Of a DNA stretch of 49,876 bases, positions 42,111 through 49,876 are shown in pieces. The DNA comes from a virus. The stretch lies in the IMG/VR virus record IMGVR_UViG_3300010429_000818. The stretch is one strand, 5' to 3'. Each line of letters begins with the position of its first letter. Position 1 is the first letter of the stretch. Below the pieces are notes generated by a model that made no database searches, was not told the origin of the DNA, and was given only the letters and a program-made list of their open reading frames with translations. Both the position numbers and the translations under genes were made by a program.

Positions 42111-42111
42111 C

Positions 42112-42144
42112 TCCAATAAGAAAGGCCGCCTTGGTGGCGGCCTT
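42112..42144 (-). terminator. Intrinsic terminator ending the late/lysis operon
   Basis: The minus strand reads AAGGCCGCC-accaa-GGCGGCCTT followed by TCTTATT. It lies 22 nt after stop 42166. Confidence 0.75.
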
Positions 42145-42165
42145 GGTGAATGCCCGCTGTGTGCC

Positions 42166-42447
42166 CTAGGACCGCTTCCTAGGGCAATCCTGTACGGCCG
42201 TGGCTAGTTTGTCAAGGCCACGATTAAGCGACCGTAGCGAGCGCCTGAAGTCCCTGCGAGCCCTGTCCTGTTCAGCCAGGAACGCAGCCGTCGCGTCCCT
42301 CTGCGCCTTGAGGTGGGCGGGAAAGGCGCGGGCCATGAGATACCAGAGCATGGACCCCAGGATTGTGAGTGCGGTGTACTGCACGGCCGGCTCCGGGAGC
42401 CCGACCGCGAACACGCTTGCGATTACTCCGTACGCTGCCAAACGCAT
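42166..42447 (-). CDS. Holin-like small membrane protein (2 TM, charged C-terminus)
   Basis: 93 aa with hydrophobic segments AAYGVIASVFAVGL and YTALTILGSMLWYLMARAF, then an Arg/Asp-rich tail. GGAGG RBS. Confidence 0.45.
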   Translation of the reverse strand: MRLAAYGVIASVFAVGLPEPAVQYTALTILGSMLWYLMARAFPAHLKAQRDATAAFLAEQDRARRDFRRSLRSLNRGLDKLATAVQDCPRKRS

Positions 42448-42449
42448 CC

Positions 42450-42767
42450 CTACCTCCGCACTAGTCGAACGACCTCTAAAATGTCATGAGTGGAAGCCGG
42501 CTCCCTGCCCGGCGCGAACACGAAGAAGCACGGGACCGACGCCACGCCATACCGCTTTGCAATGTCTGGCTGCCGGTCAACGTCGATCACCTGCACATCT
42601 ACCCCGGCAGTGGCGATACACAGAAGCGCAGGCTTGGCCTGCCGGCACGGCCCGCACCAGGCAGCCGTGAACGCAACAACCCTCACCTTCGGTGCAGACG
42701 GTACTTCCGTCCCACACCCGGCGATCGTCGCGACCAGCAGCGCCAGAACGAACAAAAGATTCCGCAT
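42450..42767 (-). CDS. Exported lipoprotein thioredoxin (WCGPC)
   Basis: Signal peptide with lipobox LVATIAGC, active site WCGPC, and a cis-Pro loop VPCFFVF. AGGAG RBS. Confidence 0.7.
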   Translation of the reverse strand: MRNLLFVLALLVATIAGCGTEVPSAPKVRVVAFTAAWCGPCRQAKPALLCIATAGVDVQVIDVDRQPDIAKRYGVASVPCFFVFAPGREPASTHDILEVVRLVRR

Positions 42768-42784
42768 AGCCGTCTCCTATGGAA

Positions 42785-42821
42785 CCGGCCGGTCGCGAGT
42801 AGACTAAACGCGACCGGCCGG
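42785..42821 (-). terminator. Perfect 13-bp GC hairpin inside the lysis cassette (attenuator/stabiliser)
   Basis: CCGGCCGGTCGCG-n11-CGCGACCGGCCGG lies between stop 42857 and the thioredoxin RBS. The U-tract is weak. Confidence 0.45.
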
Positions 42822-42856
42822 AGCTGTTCTACGCGATCACTCCGTTTCGCGTGTGA

Positions 42857-43276
42857 TTAGGCAACGGGGACGACGGCCGGGGCCGGGGCCTGCTTAATGA
42901 CGCTGGCGTCGTCAGCCTTGGTGGCGTCGGCCAGCTTGGCGGCAATAAAGGCCCGTCCACTCTCGCTCTTCAGCTTGGCGGCCAAGACGGAATCGAAGAC
43001 CTTACCGAACTCAGCGACCACGGCTTCCTCGCCATCCAGGAACAGGCGGGCCAGTTCGTTGATCTTCACGGCCATGCCGCTGTAATCGCCGACCGAATAG
43101 TCCACGAGGAATTCGGGTGTCCGCTTCAGGCCGAGGTTGGCCAGCACAGCGGCCAGCTTCGCAGCGCCGCGACGACGGTTTTCGATCTCGGTGTCTTTGC
43201 GGAATAGCCACGCGACAACGGCGGCGGCCAGAACGAACGCGAGAACGGACAGCAGGACGATTTCAAGGGTAGTCAT
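42857..43276 (-). CDS. N-terminally membrane-anchored helical protein (i-spanin-like or holin/antiholin candidate)
   Basis: 139 aa with a TM segment IVLLSVLAFVLAAAVVAWLF, then Ala/Lys/Glu-rich helical sequence. Confidence 0.4.
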   Translation of the reverse strand: MTTLEIVLLSVLAFVLAAAVVAWLFRKDTEIENRRRGAAKLAAVLANLGLKRTPEFLVDYSVGDYSGMAVKINELARLFLDGEEAVVAEFGKVFDSVLAAKLKSESGRAFIAAKLADATKADDASVIKQAPAPAVVPVA

Positions 43277-43333
43277 ACTTCAGAAGCCTTTCGTTTGGAT
43301 CGTGATGGAAAAACGGGGAACCTTGAGGCGCGC

Positions 43334-44002
43334 TTACATCTTCGCGTAAGTGCGCTTCCACTGACGGACGAGACCGACGCAACCTCCGGCAAACATGCAG
43401 CCGGCCACGATGGCGATGATCGCACCGGGAGGGAGAGTCGCTGGGGCGGGCTCATCCACAACCGGCGGGCCGATGAAGTCATTAAGCGGAGGCGCGGGCG
43501 GATCGACTCTGGGCGGCATGGGCGCTGGCTCTGGCGCGGGGGCGGGGGCCGGTCTAGGTCGGCACCGATTGAATGGGCACGGGAGCTGCGCGTTCCTGAC
43601 AGCGTTAGCGATCTCACTATACAGCTCAGCGGGCGTACTAGGGATCAGCCGGCCAGTTCGCTCGTAGATCACTACGCCATCTGGCATCTGCATTCGTACG
43701 GTCGGCAGTTCTCTAATCGTCGCAGCGTAGCGATCGCGGAACGTGGCGGTGTCGTCGTTCACGATGTAGAAGTGGACTTGCTTCTTCAGCGTGTTCAGTT
43801 TCTCGTGCGAATAGAAGAAGCTCAACGTCTTGGCGTAGACCGGATCATTCACGTTGCCGACAATGCTCAGGTGCCACTTCGCGCCGTCGTTCGGCAGATC
43901 AACTACGCGCTCTTCGGCCGCCGGTGCGATCGCTGCAAACAGCGACACGAGGCACACGGCTGCGAGCAGCACTAGTGCGGTTTTCAGCAGGACACTTTTC
44001 AT
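43334..44002 (-). CDS. Exported thioredoxin-fold-like protein lacking CxxC, with Pro-rich linker and C-terminal TM anchor
   Basis: N-terminal signal peptide, a cis-Pro-loop-like ELPTVRMQMPDGVVIYE, the linker PRPAPAPAPEPAPMPPRVDPPAPP, and a C-terminal TM segment GAIIAIVAGCMFAGGCVGLV. GGAG RBS. Confidence 0.45.
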   Translation of the reverse strand: MKSVLLKTALVLLAAVCLVSLFAAIAPAAEERVVDLPNDGAKWHLSIVGNVNDPVYAKTLSFFYSHEKLNTLKKQVHFYIVNDDTATFRDRYAATIRELPTVRMQMPDGVVIYERTGRLIPSTPAELYSEIANAVRNAQLPCPFNRCRPRPAPAPAPEPAPMPPRVDPPAPPLNDFIGPPVVDEPAPATLPPGAIIAIVAGCMFAGGCVGLVRQWKRTYAKM

Positions 44003-44035
44003 GCGTCTCTCCTCTTGTTGGGAATGGAAAAGGAA

Positions 44036-44596
44036 CTAACGTCTCGGTGAAACAGGCAGCGGCGCGGCGGGGGTATACACTGGCGTAACCGCCCAGCCGC
44101 GACTTGCCTTCCAATGTGCAATAAGAACGTCCCGGCGAATCCAAAGGAATTCGCTCGTGTTGTTGTTGTCCAACAGCGCGGCCCACTCGGCGTCCAAGTG
44201 AACGAGGGCGACCATGTGAGCGCCGCCCATGACCGTGATGCCGCAACCGCGCCGCGTTGTGCAGGCCCACTCCAGGAACTTCACGTCTCCGTCCGTGGTG
44301 TACGCATAGCGAACGCCTTCTCGGTCTAGCTTTTCAGCGAGCCGCCAAGGGTTCTCTCCGTCCGCGTACTTCTGCTTCCAATACTCGGCCATGTACTCGC
44401 GGCCCTGCCAGCGGAACAGCGACACCATCGTCGCGTGAACGCACGAGCCTTCGCCTTCTGGCCCGAGCCAGTTGCCCTGCCGCCACGAAGGCGGGATATT
44501 GACAGCCGGGCGCTCTTGGCCGAACGCCGCGTGACAGATAATCAAGGCGCAGAGCAAAAGGTACAGGGCCGCCAGGATTCTCACTACTCTCTTCAC
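44036..44596 (-). CDS. Secreted papain-like cysteine peptidase candidate
   Basis: Signal peptide ILAALYLLLCALIICHAAFG. Candidate Cys, His and Asn in papain order (GSCVHATM ... GGAHMVALV ... LLDNNN). GTG start overlapping the upstream TAG. Confidence 0.45.
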   Translation of the reverse strand: MKRVVRILAALYLLLCALIICHAAFGQERPAVNIPPSWRQGNWLGPEGEGSCVHATMVSLFRWQGREYMAEYWKQKYADGENPWRLAEKLDREGVRYAYTTDGDVKFLEWACTTRRGCGITVMGGAHMVALVHLDAEWAALLDNNNTSEFLWIRRDVLIAHWKASRGWAVTPVYTPAAPLPVSPRR

Positions 44597-45177
44597 TACT
44601 TCAGTCTCCTCGGCTTATAGACGATATTCCTGCGCCGCAGCGCACGCATCAGCTTGTTCGGACTCCACTGGCTTGCGTTAGTGGTCGAGAACAGCCCGAT
44701 ATGCGAGTACGGCGCAGCGGTCAGTTCCGAACAGAACAACATCCCGAAGTCTTCGTCGTGCAGCAGCGACATGACGCGAGCGAACAGTAGGCCGCCAGCG
44801 CGGATCGCGCCGCTATTGTCGTACGGCCGTCCGATCAGGTTCATGAGGAAGCCGGTTAGCCGCCTATCTTCGTGCCGGTACAACGGGCGGTACAGCGGGT
44901 AGTGCCATACGCGACCGTTGTAGCTCTTGAGAATGTCCTCCAGCTTGTGTGCCTGGACGCCAACGACAGTCTTGCCGGCGATCTCGCACGGCATGGTCGA
45001 GTCGTCCGTGCTCTCGAATAGCAAGAGTCTCCCGTCCCTTGCGCGGGCCACGATGCCTACATGACTGAGACTCCAGAAGGGAAGCCCGAACGTGCAGATG
45101 TTGATGAGCACACTATGCCAATATCGCCCCGAAAAACCGATAATATCTCCGGCTTTAATGTCGCTAGTGGGCTTCAC
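44596..45177 (-). CDS. Permuted papain-like (YiiX/NlpC-P60-related) amidase, endolysin candidate
   Basis: GDIIGF ... SHVGIV (His) precedes FCSELT (Cys). This is the permuted order typical of the YiiX family. GTG start. Confidence 0.5.
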   Translation of the reverse strand: MKPTSDIKAGDIIGFSGRYWHSVLINICTFGLPFWSLSHVGIVARARDGRLLLFESTDDSTMPCEIAGKTVVGVQAHKLEDILKSYNGRVWHYPLYRPLYRHEDRRLTGFLMNLIGRPYDNSGAIRAGGLLFARVMSLLHDEDFGMLFCSELTAAPYSHIGLFSTTNASQWSPNKLMRALRRRNIVYKPRRLK

Positions 45178-45233
45178 GGGATCACCACGAAGAGGGCGAG
45201 ACGAGTGTATATATCTATTATGACGGAGGCCGC

Positions 45234-48200
45234 TTAGGGAAGGCTGCGTTTCGTTCTCCCCGCGCGGGCCTGTGCCGTCTCGGGCTTCACGCCATGCGAC
45301 CGCATCCTGGAGTATGCAAGGTTCCTGGCGACTTCGCTGTTCACGCCCATCGCGCGCAGGTAGCTCGCGGCTGCGGCAGCTTCCTTGTACGACTTCGGGC
45401 TGCTATTGGACGCTGCTACAGCCTTCTGCGCGATATGCTTCCGCACGGCCGACTGAGCCTCGCCGGGTACTACCGAGGGATCAGCCAGCGGGTTGGGGTA
45501 GCGGGCCAGGGGGTCGCGGCCGAGGGCGGCCCGCGCCAGACCGATCAGCGCCAGGTCGGTCTGGGTCTTGTCATCCTTGGACAGCGACCGGGCGGCCTTC
45601 CGTATGTCGGTCATCAGCGCCGAGACGTATTGCAGCTTCCGCCACTCGTTCAGATCGCCAGCCTCTTCTCCGCGCAGTCCGCCCGACTCGTGCGCTTTGT
45701 CGATCGTTTCCTTGTGCGCGTAGAAGTCGTCAACGCTCTTCGCGTAGTCCTTCTTCAGCGATAAGCCTTTCAGCCCAGGCACGTCCGCCATGCCCCATTC
45801 ACTGCGGTCGATCAGCTTGTCGATCGGTGCATTGATCTTGCTGTACAGCCCGCCGCTCAGGCCGTTAGCCAGGTGGTCGATGTTCGCTGGGCTCAGGCTC
45901 ACCTTCCCGCCGCTCGCATCGTGCAAGGTGCGGGCGACTTCCTTCGCGAACTTCGACGTGTACTCATAAAATTGATCCTGGGCCTGGAGCTTCTGAAGCG
46001 ACTGGGAGATGATCGGCCGATCACGGAACGAATCCCAGTTGAACATCGTTTCAAACAGCGGCGTCACTCCGCCCGGCAGAGACCCGGGGTTCATGCTCAT
46101 GACGACCTGGCTCGCCCATCGCTTCATCGCGTCCGGGTCTTTGTCGTACATCGCGTCAAGCATTCGCTCGATTCCGCTTTCGAGCACGCCCCACTCCTGC
46201 GACTTCGGAATGCGGAAGGCCGGGTTGCCTTCGGAATCCTTCAGCACGAAGAAGTTGTCTAACCACTCAGGCCGCTCTTTGTAGTCGTCGTCATCGTGCC
46301 GGCTAAGCCAGTACACGATAGCCACCGGAACGATGCTCATGGCAACGCGCAGCGCCGTGCGAGTCGGCTTGTCCTTGAAGGTGCGGATCACCTTGTCTAG
46401 GCCCTCAAGCCGCGCGTTGAAGAACGGGATGTAGTAGTTGAGGTATCGCCCCCACTTACCCATACGCCGGAAGTCAACGGTCACGTCATGCGCCGCGTTG
46501 ATCGCTCGAATCAACACGGACATGGGCGGAGTCTGGCCCGCCTCCACTCGCTCAAGCCACCCTTCCTTCTTCAGGATCGCAGAGAACTCTGCGATACGCG
46601 GAGCGATCTCAGACGTACCGGCAATGTTAAGCGCGGTCGCAAGCCTGCTCGGCCTGCCGGCCAGAGTCCGGCGGACTCCCTTGCGTAGCCGGTTGCGATC
46701 CAGGCCGGCGTAGGTCGAAAGCTCGCCGCCCATCTTGCGGAACAGCTCGACAACTCCATCACCCTTCTCGCCGGCCGCGTGCCGCAGCTCCGACACTACG
46801 TAGGCCGCCGCGTACTTCGCCGGATCGAACGCACCCTTCAGGCCCTTCTCGCCCTGCATCAGGAAGGTCTGGAAGTCGCGGGCGACGTTGCTAAGGATGA
46901 AGTCCGGGTTGAGCCGGGTCGCACCCAGCTTCAGCATTCCCGTCAAGGCACGGGCCGTGCGAGTCGCCAGGTCAAGGTTCTGTAGAGTATCGAGGCCGCC
47001 GAGCGCCTGAGCCAGCTCCGGGTGGACCTGAAAGAATCGCGGCTGCCCGTTGATCGTGACGCGCACGATCGGCTGATCGTGAACCTTCATCAAGTCAGGA
47101 CGCCAGACCGTCAGGAGCGTAGTCGGATCTACCACTTCCATTAGCAATTCGACAGCTTCCTTCGGGATGCCAGCAGACTCAAGCTGCCCCATGACCTCTG
47201 TAAGCGAGAACTTCGTCGCGATAACTTTCGTCGGAACTTCTTCGACCCACTCACCCATCCCCTTAGTCTTAGTCGCGACTTCCACGAGCTTGTTCGTCAC
47301 TACTTGCTGGGCCGCCCGTTCGTACAGCCGGATCGCACGCGAGAGCGTAGACTCCATCGGGTCGATGATTTGCAGCCCGCTGCCGCGCCGTTGCTTTACG
47401 GCCGCCGACAGATCGACCATACGCCGCCCGCCGCCGCCAAGCCCCTTACCTTCCTTGGCCCGCTCCAGAGGAATGTAGTGTTCGTACTTCTCAATCATCC
47501 TTTTGGCGGTATCTCCGTCGATCGCGCCAGTATCAGCCAGCACAGCAATCAGCGCGTTATTGAAAGCCGTCACCTTATCGGCAGCTCGCTCGTACCTGGG
47601 ATCGTAGAGCAGACTGTACGCAGAGTTTGCATCGTCCAGGGTAATACCCGGATTGCGACCGTGCTGCCACGATTCAATGGCATGACGAGCGTATGCCCAC
47701 GCGCAGAAGTTCTCGTAGTCTTTCTGGTCGCCGATCTCCGCCATCGCTTCGCGTAGCGACGGGCCGATCTTTTGCATGTCCGACAGCCGGAATACGCCTT
47801 GCTCAATCGCCGTTGTCGCGAAGTGCGGGCCAATCTGGCGAAGGGCGTTATAGTGCTCGAATGGGGTCGCATCGCCCTTGGGATCGTACCCGCGAGCGAT
47901 CGCTTCCTTCGTGAACCGCTGGATCGGGCGGCCCTCTTCCTTGAAGCGGGCGTACAGGAATTCCTTCCACTCGTTGACACGATCTACGATCGGCCGGGTA
48001 TCCGGCACGTCCAGGCCGGTCTTGCTGATCTGACCCTTGACTCGCCCGACCGCGCCGGCCTTGCGCCATCGCGTCACGGCGTCTCTCGTCGCTTCGATCT
48101 TCGCCTTCGTCTCAGGGTGCGCGCCGAGCCAGCTCTCAAAGTGTGCCAGGAACTTCGGCACCTCGGCCTTCAAGTCGATCCTCTTCTTGACGGCAGCAGA

Positions 48201-49871
48201 CCCAGTGATATAGGCGTTCACGAACTCCGCGAACCCCTCAAAGTCACGCTTCTGCGACTGGTCGTAATCCAGTACCCCGACCTCTTGCCTGGCGTCCTTG
48301 GGGGCCTTCTTCAGGATATCGCTCGTGTTGTCTAAGTGGTGCGCGATCTCATGGGCCGCGACGGCTGGGGATGCCTCTTCGCCCTTAGCTAGCCGAACGA
48401 CCTCCGGCCTGAGCTTGTACAACCCACGCACGGTCTTCTTGCGCCCGGTTCGCCCGATTCGCACCGGCGCGTTCCAGATCGACTGGATCTCGCGAACGAC
48501 CTCACGGCCGCCGAAGACCTCCCCGGTCCCCACGGCCTCAACCTCCATGTCATGCTCGACCGGCCCGATCCAGCCACCCGCCTCTTGCGTGTCGTCGCCC
48601 TGTGGTTCGATTGCCGTCTGCTGGGTCTCCATCGTCATCGCCTCGGGCTGTGCCGCCTGGATCTCCTGGGAGACCGCTGGGGCCGCCTGCTCGGCGACGG
48701 GGGTGGAAACCTCTGGCTGGGCAACCTGGGTTTCCTGGGCCTCGGCAGTGGCTTCCTGGGCCTCGGGCCGCTCGTAGGCCGCCGTGGCTATCTGAGTCTC
48801 AACAGCAGCCGGGGCCGCCGCCTTGCTGGCCGAGGTGAACGTGCCCGCCAGCTCCTTCACCACGGCACGGCGATCCTTGATCGACTGACCCTTCTCGGGG
48901 TCAAGCCCCCACTTCTTCCACTGCGCCCGCGACGGAGCCTTGCCAGACTCGGCCGCTTTAATGATCTCGTTCCGAACCTTGAGCTGCCGGCCAAGGCTGG
49001 CGGACTTCGCCACGCCAGGCCCCCCGACGACTCCCATCGTCATGAGAGTTTGAACCGTTGTGTCGGCTGCCGTCTGCATCAGGCTGCCCAGCGACGTGGC
49101 CTTCGGGTCCACCCCCGAGACGGCCGTGGCTACGTTGTGCCCGATCTCCGTGATGATCTCCTCCGGCAGCTCCTCCAGGGTGCTCCGGCCAAGGCTCTTC
49201 AACCCAGCGCGGATGCCGGCAGTGGCGGCCTGCTTGCCGCCGAGAATCTTCTCAGCGCCGCCGAGGCCGACCTTCTGGAAGACCGACGCCACGCTGCCCT
49301 CGATCGCCCCCTGGCCGAGGGCGTAGGCCGCCAGCTTCCCGCCCTCCAGCCCGGCGTCCTGGCCCTCGGTAATCGCCTTGTCGGCCTCTTGGGTGGCCGC
49401 GACCGCGATCGGCCCGAACGGTCCAGCCAGGGAGGCTGCGACCATGACCGGCAGCGTCCGGCCGACGCCTCGCAGTCCACGCTTGATGATCGGCGGGACG
49501 ACGCCCCCTTCGTCTATCTCGGCAGCCGCCTGCTGGTAGGCCGAGGCGAAGCGGTTCAACTTGTCGGCCGTCTCGAATCCGCCGACTGTGCGGACCAACG
49601 GGGCGAGCACGTCAGCGCCGAGCCCCACGGCAGTCGCTTTGAGGTTCGGGGTCCAAGACTCGCCTAGCATCTTGCGGGCGAAGCTGAGCATTTCCTCCCG
49701 CTCCCGCTCTCGCTCCTCCTGCTTGGCGAAGACCTTCTTGCGCGTGCTATCCAGCTCCTTGCGCAGGAACTTCTCGCCCTCGTCGGCGAAGCTCAAGACC
49801 TCCCTGTCTGGCTTAGAGGGCTCAGGGGCATCGGGAACGAACGACAGGATATCGGGGTCGATGGTAGACAT
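45234..49871 (-). CDS. Giant internal virion / ejection-type protein with embedded HExxH zincin-like motif
   Basis: 1545 aa. AAHEIAHHL is encoded at 48339-48353 (about aa 507-511). A low-complexity Ala/Gln/Glu/Pro linker precedes it (about aa 350-430). Its position matches T7 gp16-type core proteins. Confidence 0.65.
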   Translation of the reverse strand: MSTIDPDILSFVPDAPEPSKPDREVLSFADEGEKFLRKELDSTRKKVFAKQEEREREREEMLSFARKMLGESWTPNLKATAVGLGADVLAPLVRTVGGFETADKLNRFASAYQQAAAEIDEGGVVPPIIKRGLRGVGRTLPVMVAASLAGPFGPIAVAATQEADKAITEGQDAGLEGGKLAAYALGQGAIEGSVASVFQKVGLGGAEKILGGKQAATAGIRAGLKSLGRSTLEELPEEIITEIGHNVATAVSGVDPKATSLGSLMQTAADTTVQTLMTMGVVGGPGVAKSASLGRQLKVRNEIIKAAESGKAPSRAQWKKWGLDPEKGQSIKDRRAVVKELAGTFTSASKAAAPAAVETQIATAAYERPEAQEATAEAQETQVAQPEVSTPVAEQAAPAVSQEIQAAQPEAMTMETQQTAIEPQGDDTQEAGGWIGPVEHDMEVEAVGTGEVFGGREVVREIQSIWNAPVRIGRTGRKKTVRGLYKLRPEVVRLAKGEEASPAVAAHEIAHHLDNTSDILKKAPKDARQEVGVLDYDQSQKRDFEGFAEFVNAYITGSAAVKKRIDLKAEVPKFLAHFESWLGAHPETKAKIEATRDAVTRWRKAGAVGRVKGQISKTGLDVPDTRPIVDRVNEWKEFLYARFKEEGRPIQRFTKEAIARGYDPKGDATPFEHYNALRQIGPHFATTAIEQGVFRLSDMQKIGPSLREAMAEIGDQKDYENFCAWAYARHAIESWQHGRNPGITLDDANSAYSLLYDPRYERAADKVTAFNNALIAVLADTGAIDGDTAKRMIEKYEHYIPLERAKEGKGLGGGGRRMVDLSAAVKQRRGSGLQIIDPMESTLSRAIRLYERAAQQVVTNKLVEVATKTKGMGEWVEEVPTKVIATKFSLTEVMGQLESAGIPKEAVELLMEVVDPTTLLTVWRPDLMKVHDQPIVRVTINGQPRFFQVHPELAQALGGLDTLQNLDLATRTARALTGMLKLGATRLNPDFILSNVARDFQTFLMQGEKGLKGAFDPAKYAAAYVVSELRHAAGEKGDGVVELFRKMGGELSTYAGLDRNRLRKGVRRTLAGRPSRLATALNIAGTSEIAPRIAEFSAILKKEGWLERVEAGQTPPMSVLIRAINAAHDVTVDFRRMGKWGRYLNYYIPFFNARLEGLDKVIRTFKDKPTRTALRVAMSIVPVAIVYWLSRHDDDDYKERPEWLDNFFVLKDSEGNPAFRIPKSQEWGVLESGIERMLDAMYDKDPDAMKRWASQVVMSMNPGSLPGGVTPLFETMFNWDSFRDRPIISQSLQKLQAQDQFYEYTSKFAKEVARTLHDASGGKVSLSPANIDHLANGLSGGLYSKINAPIDKLIDRSEWGMADVPGLKGLSLKKDYAKSVDDFYAHKETIDKAHESGGLRGEEAGDLNEWRKLQYVSALMTDIRKAARSLSKDDKTQTDLALIGLARAALGRDPLARYPNPLADPSVVPGEAQSAVRKHIAQKAVAASNSSPKSYKEAAAAASYLRAMGVNSEVARNLAYSRMRSHGVKPETAQARAGRTKRSLP

Positions 49872-49876
49872 TACTG
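49750..49876. repeat. Terminal overlap, copy 2 (identical to 1..127)
   Basis: Direct comparison with bases 1-127. Confidence 0.95.

Overview
The window is one complete, GC-rich (roughly 60 percent by eye) temperate tailed-phage genome assembled as a circle. Bases 1-127 are identical to 49750-49876, so the unique unit is 49,749 bp. The 344-aa gene ending at 122 abuts the 1545-aa gene starting at 49871 through a TAATG overlap. Architecture: (i) A ~28-kb late operon lies on the minus strand, running 20434 -> 1 and across the junction 49871 -> 42166. It encodes a Zn-finger protein, an HTH small-terminase candidate, a Zn-ribbon, TerL, portal, scaffold, major capsid and a decoration-like protein. 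These are followed by a tRNA-like element, adaptor-like and nozzle-like tail proteins, fibre/spike genes and a Cys-rich distal tail protein. The operon ends with three internal-core-type proteins (largest 1545 aa, with an HExxH motif) and an unusual lysis/envelope cassette. (ii) A plus-strand early operon (22013-26074) of ORFans is punctuated by a family of conserved intergenic hairpins and closed by a terminator. (iii) A plus-strand replication/recombination/nucleotide-metabolism operon spans 26200-39459. It encodes a winged-helix protein, Xis-like HTH, Sak4-like ATPase, DUF669-like SSB, PD-(D/E)XK nuclease, SF2 helicase, PrimPol-helicase and RusA. It continues with a metallophosphoesterase, a dATP/dGTP diphosphohydrolase-like protein, an NT5C-like deoxyribonucleotidase, an HExxH protein and a DNA methyltransferase. 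(iv) A minus-strand lysogeny module (41802-39505) carries a tyrosine integrase, an XRE-type HTH and a small serine recombinase, next to an AT-rich attP candidate. (v) A 1.5-kb coding-free control region (20435-21964) holds an A31 run followed by an 88-nt polypyrimidine tract, G-quadruplex-type motifs and many GC hairpins. No rRNA, CRISPR array or transposase was seen. All protein-family calls come from motif recognition by eye, not from database searches.
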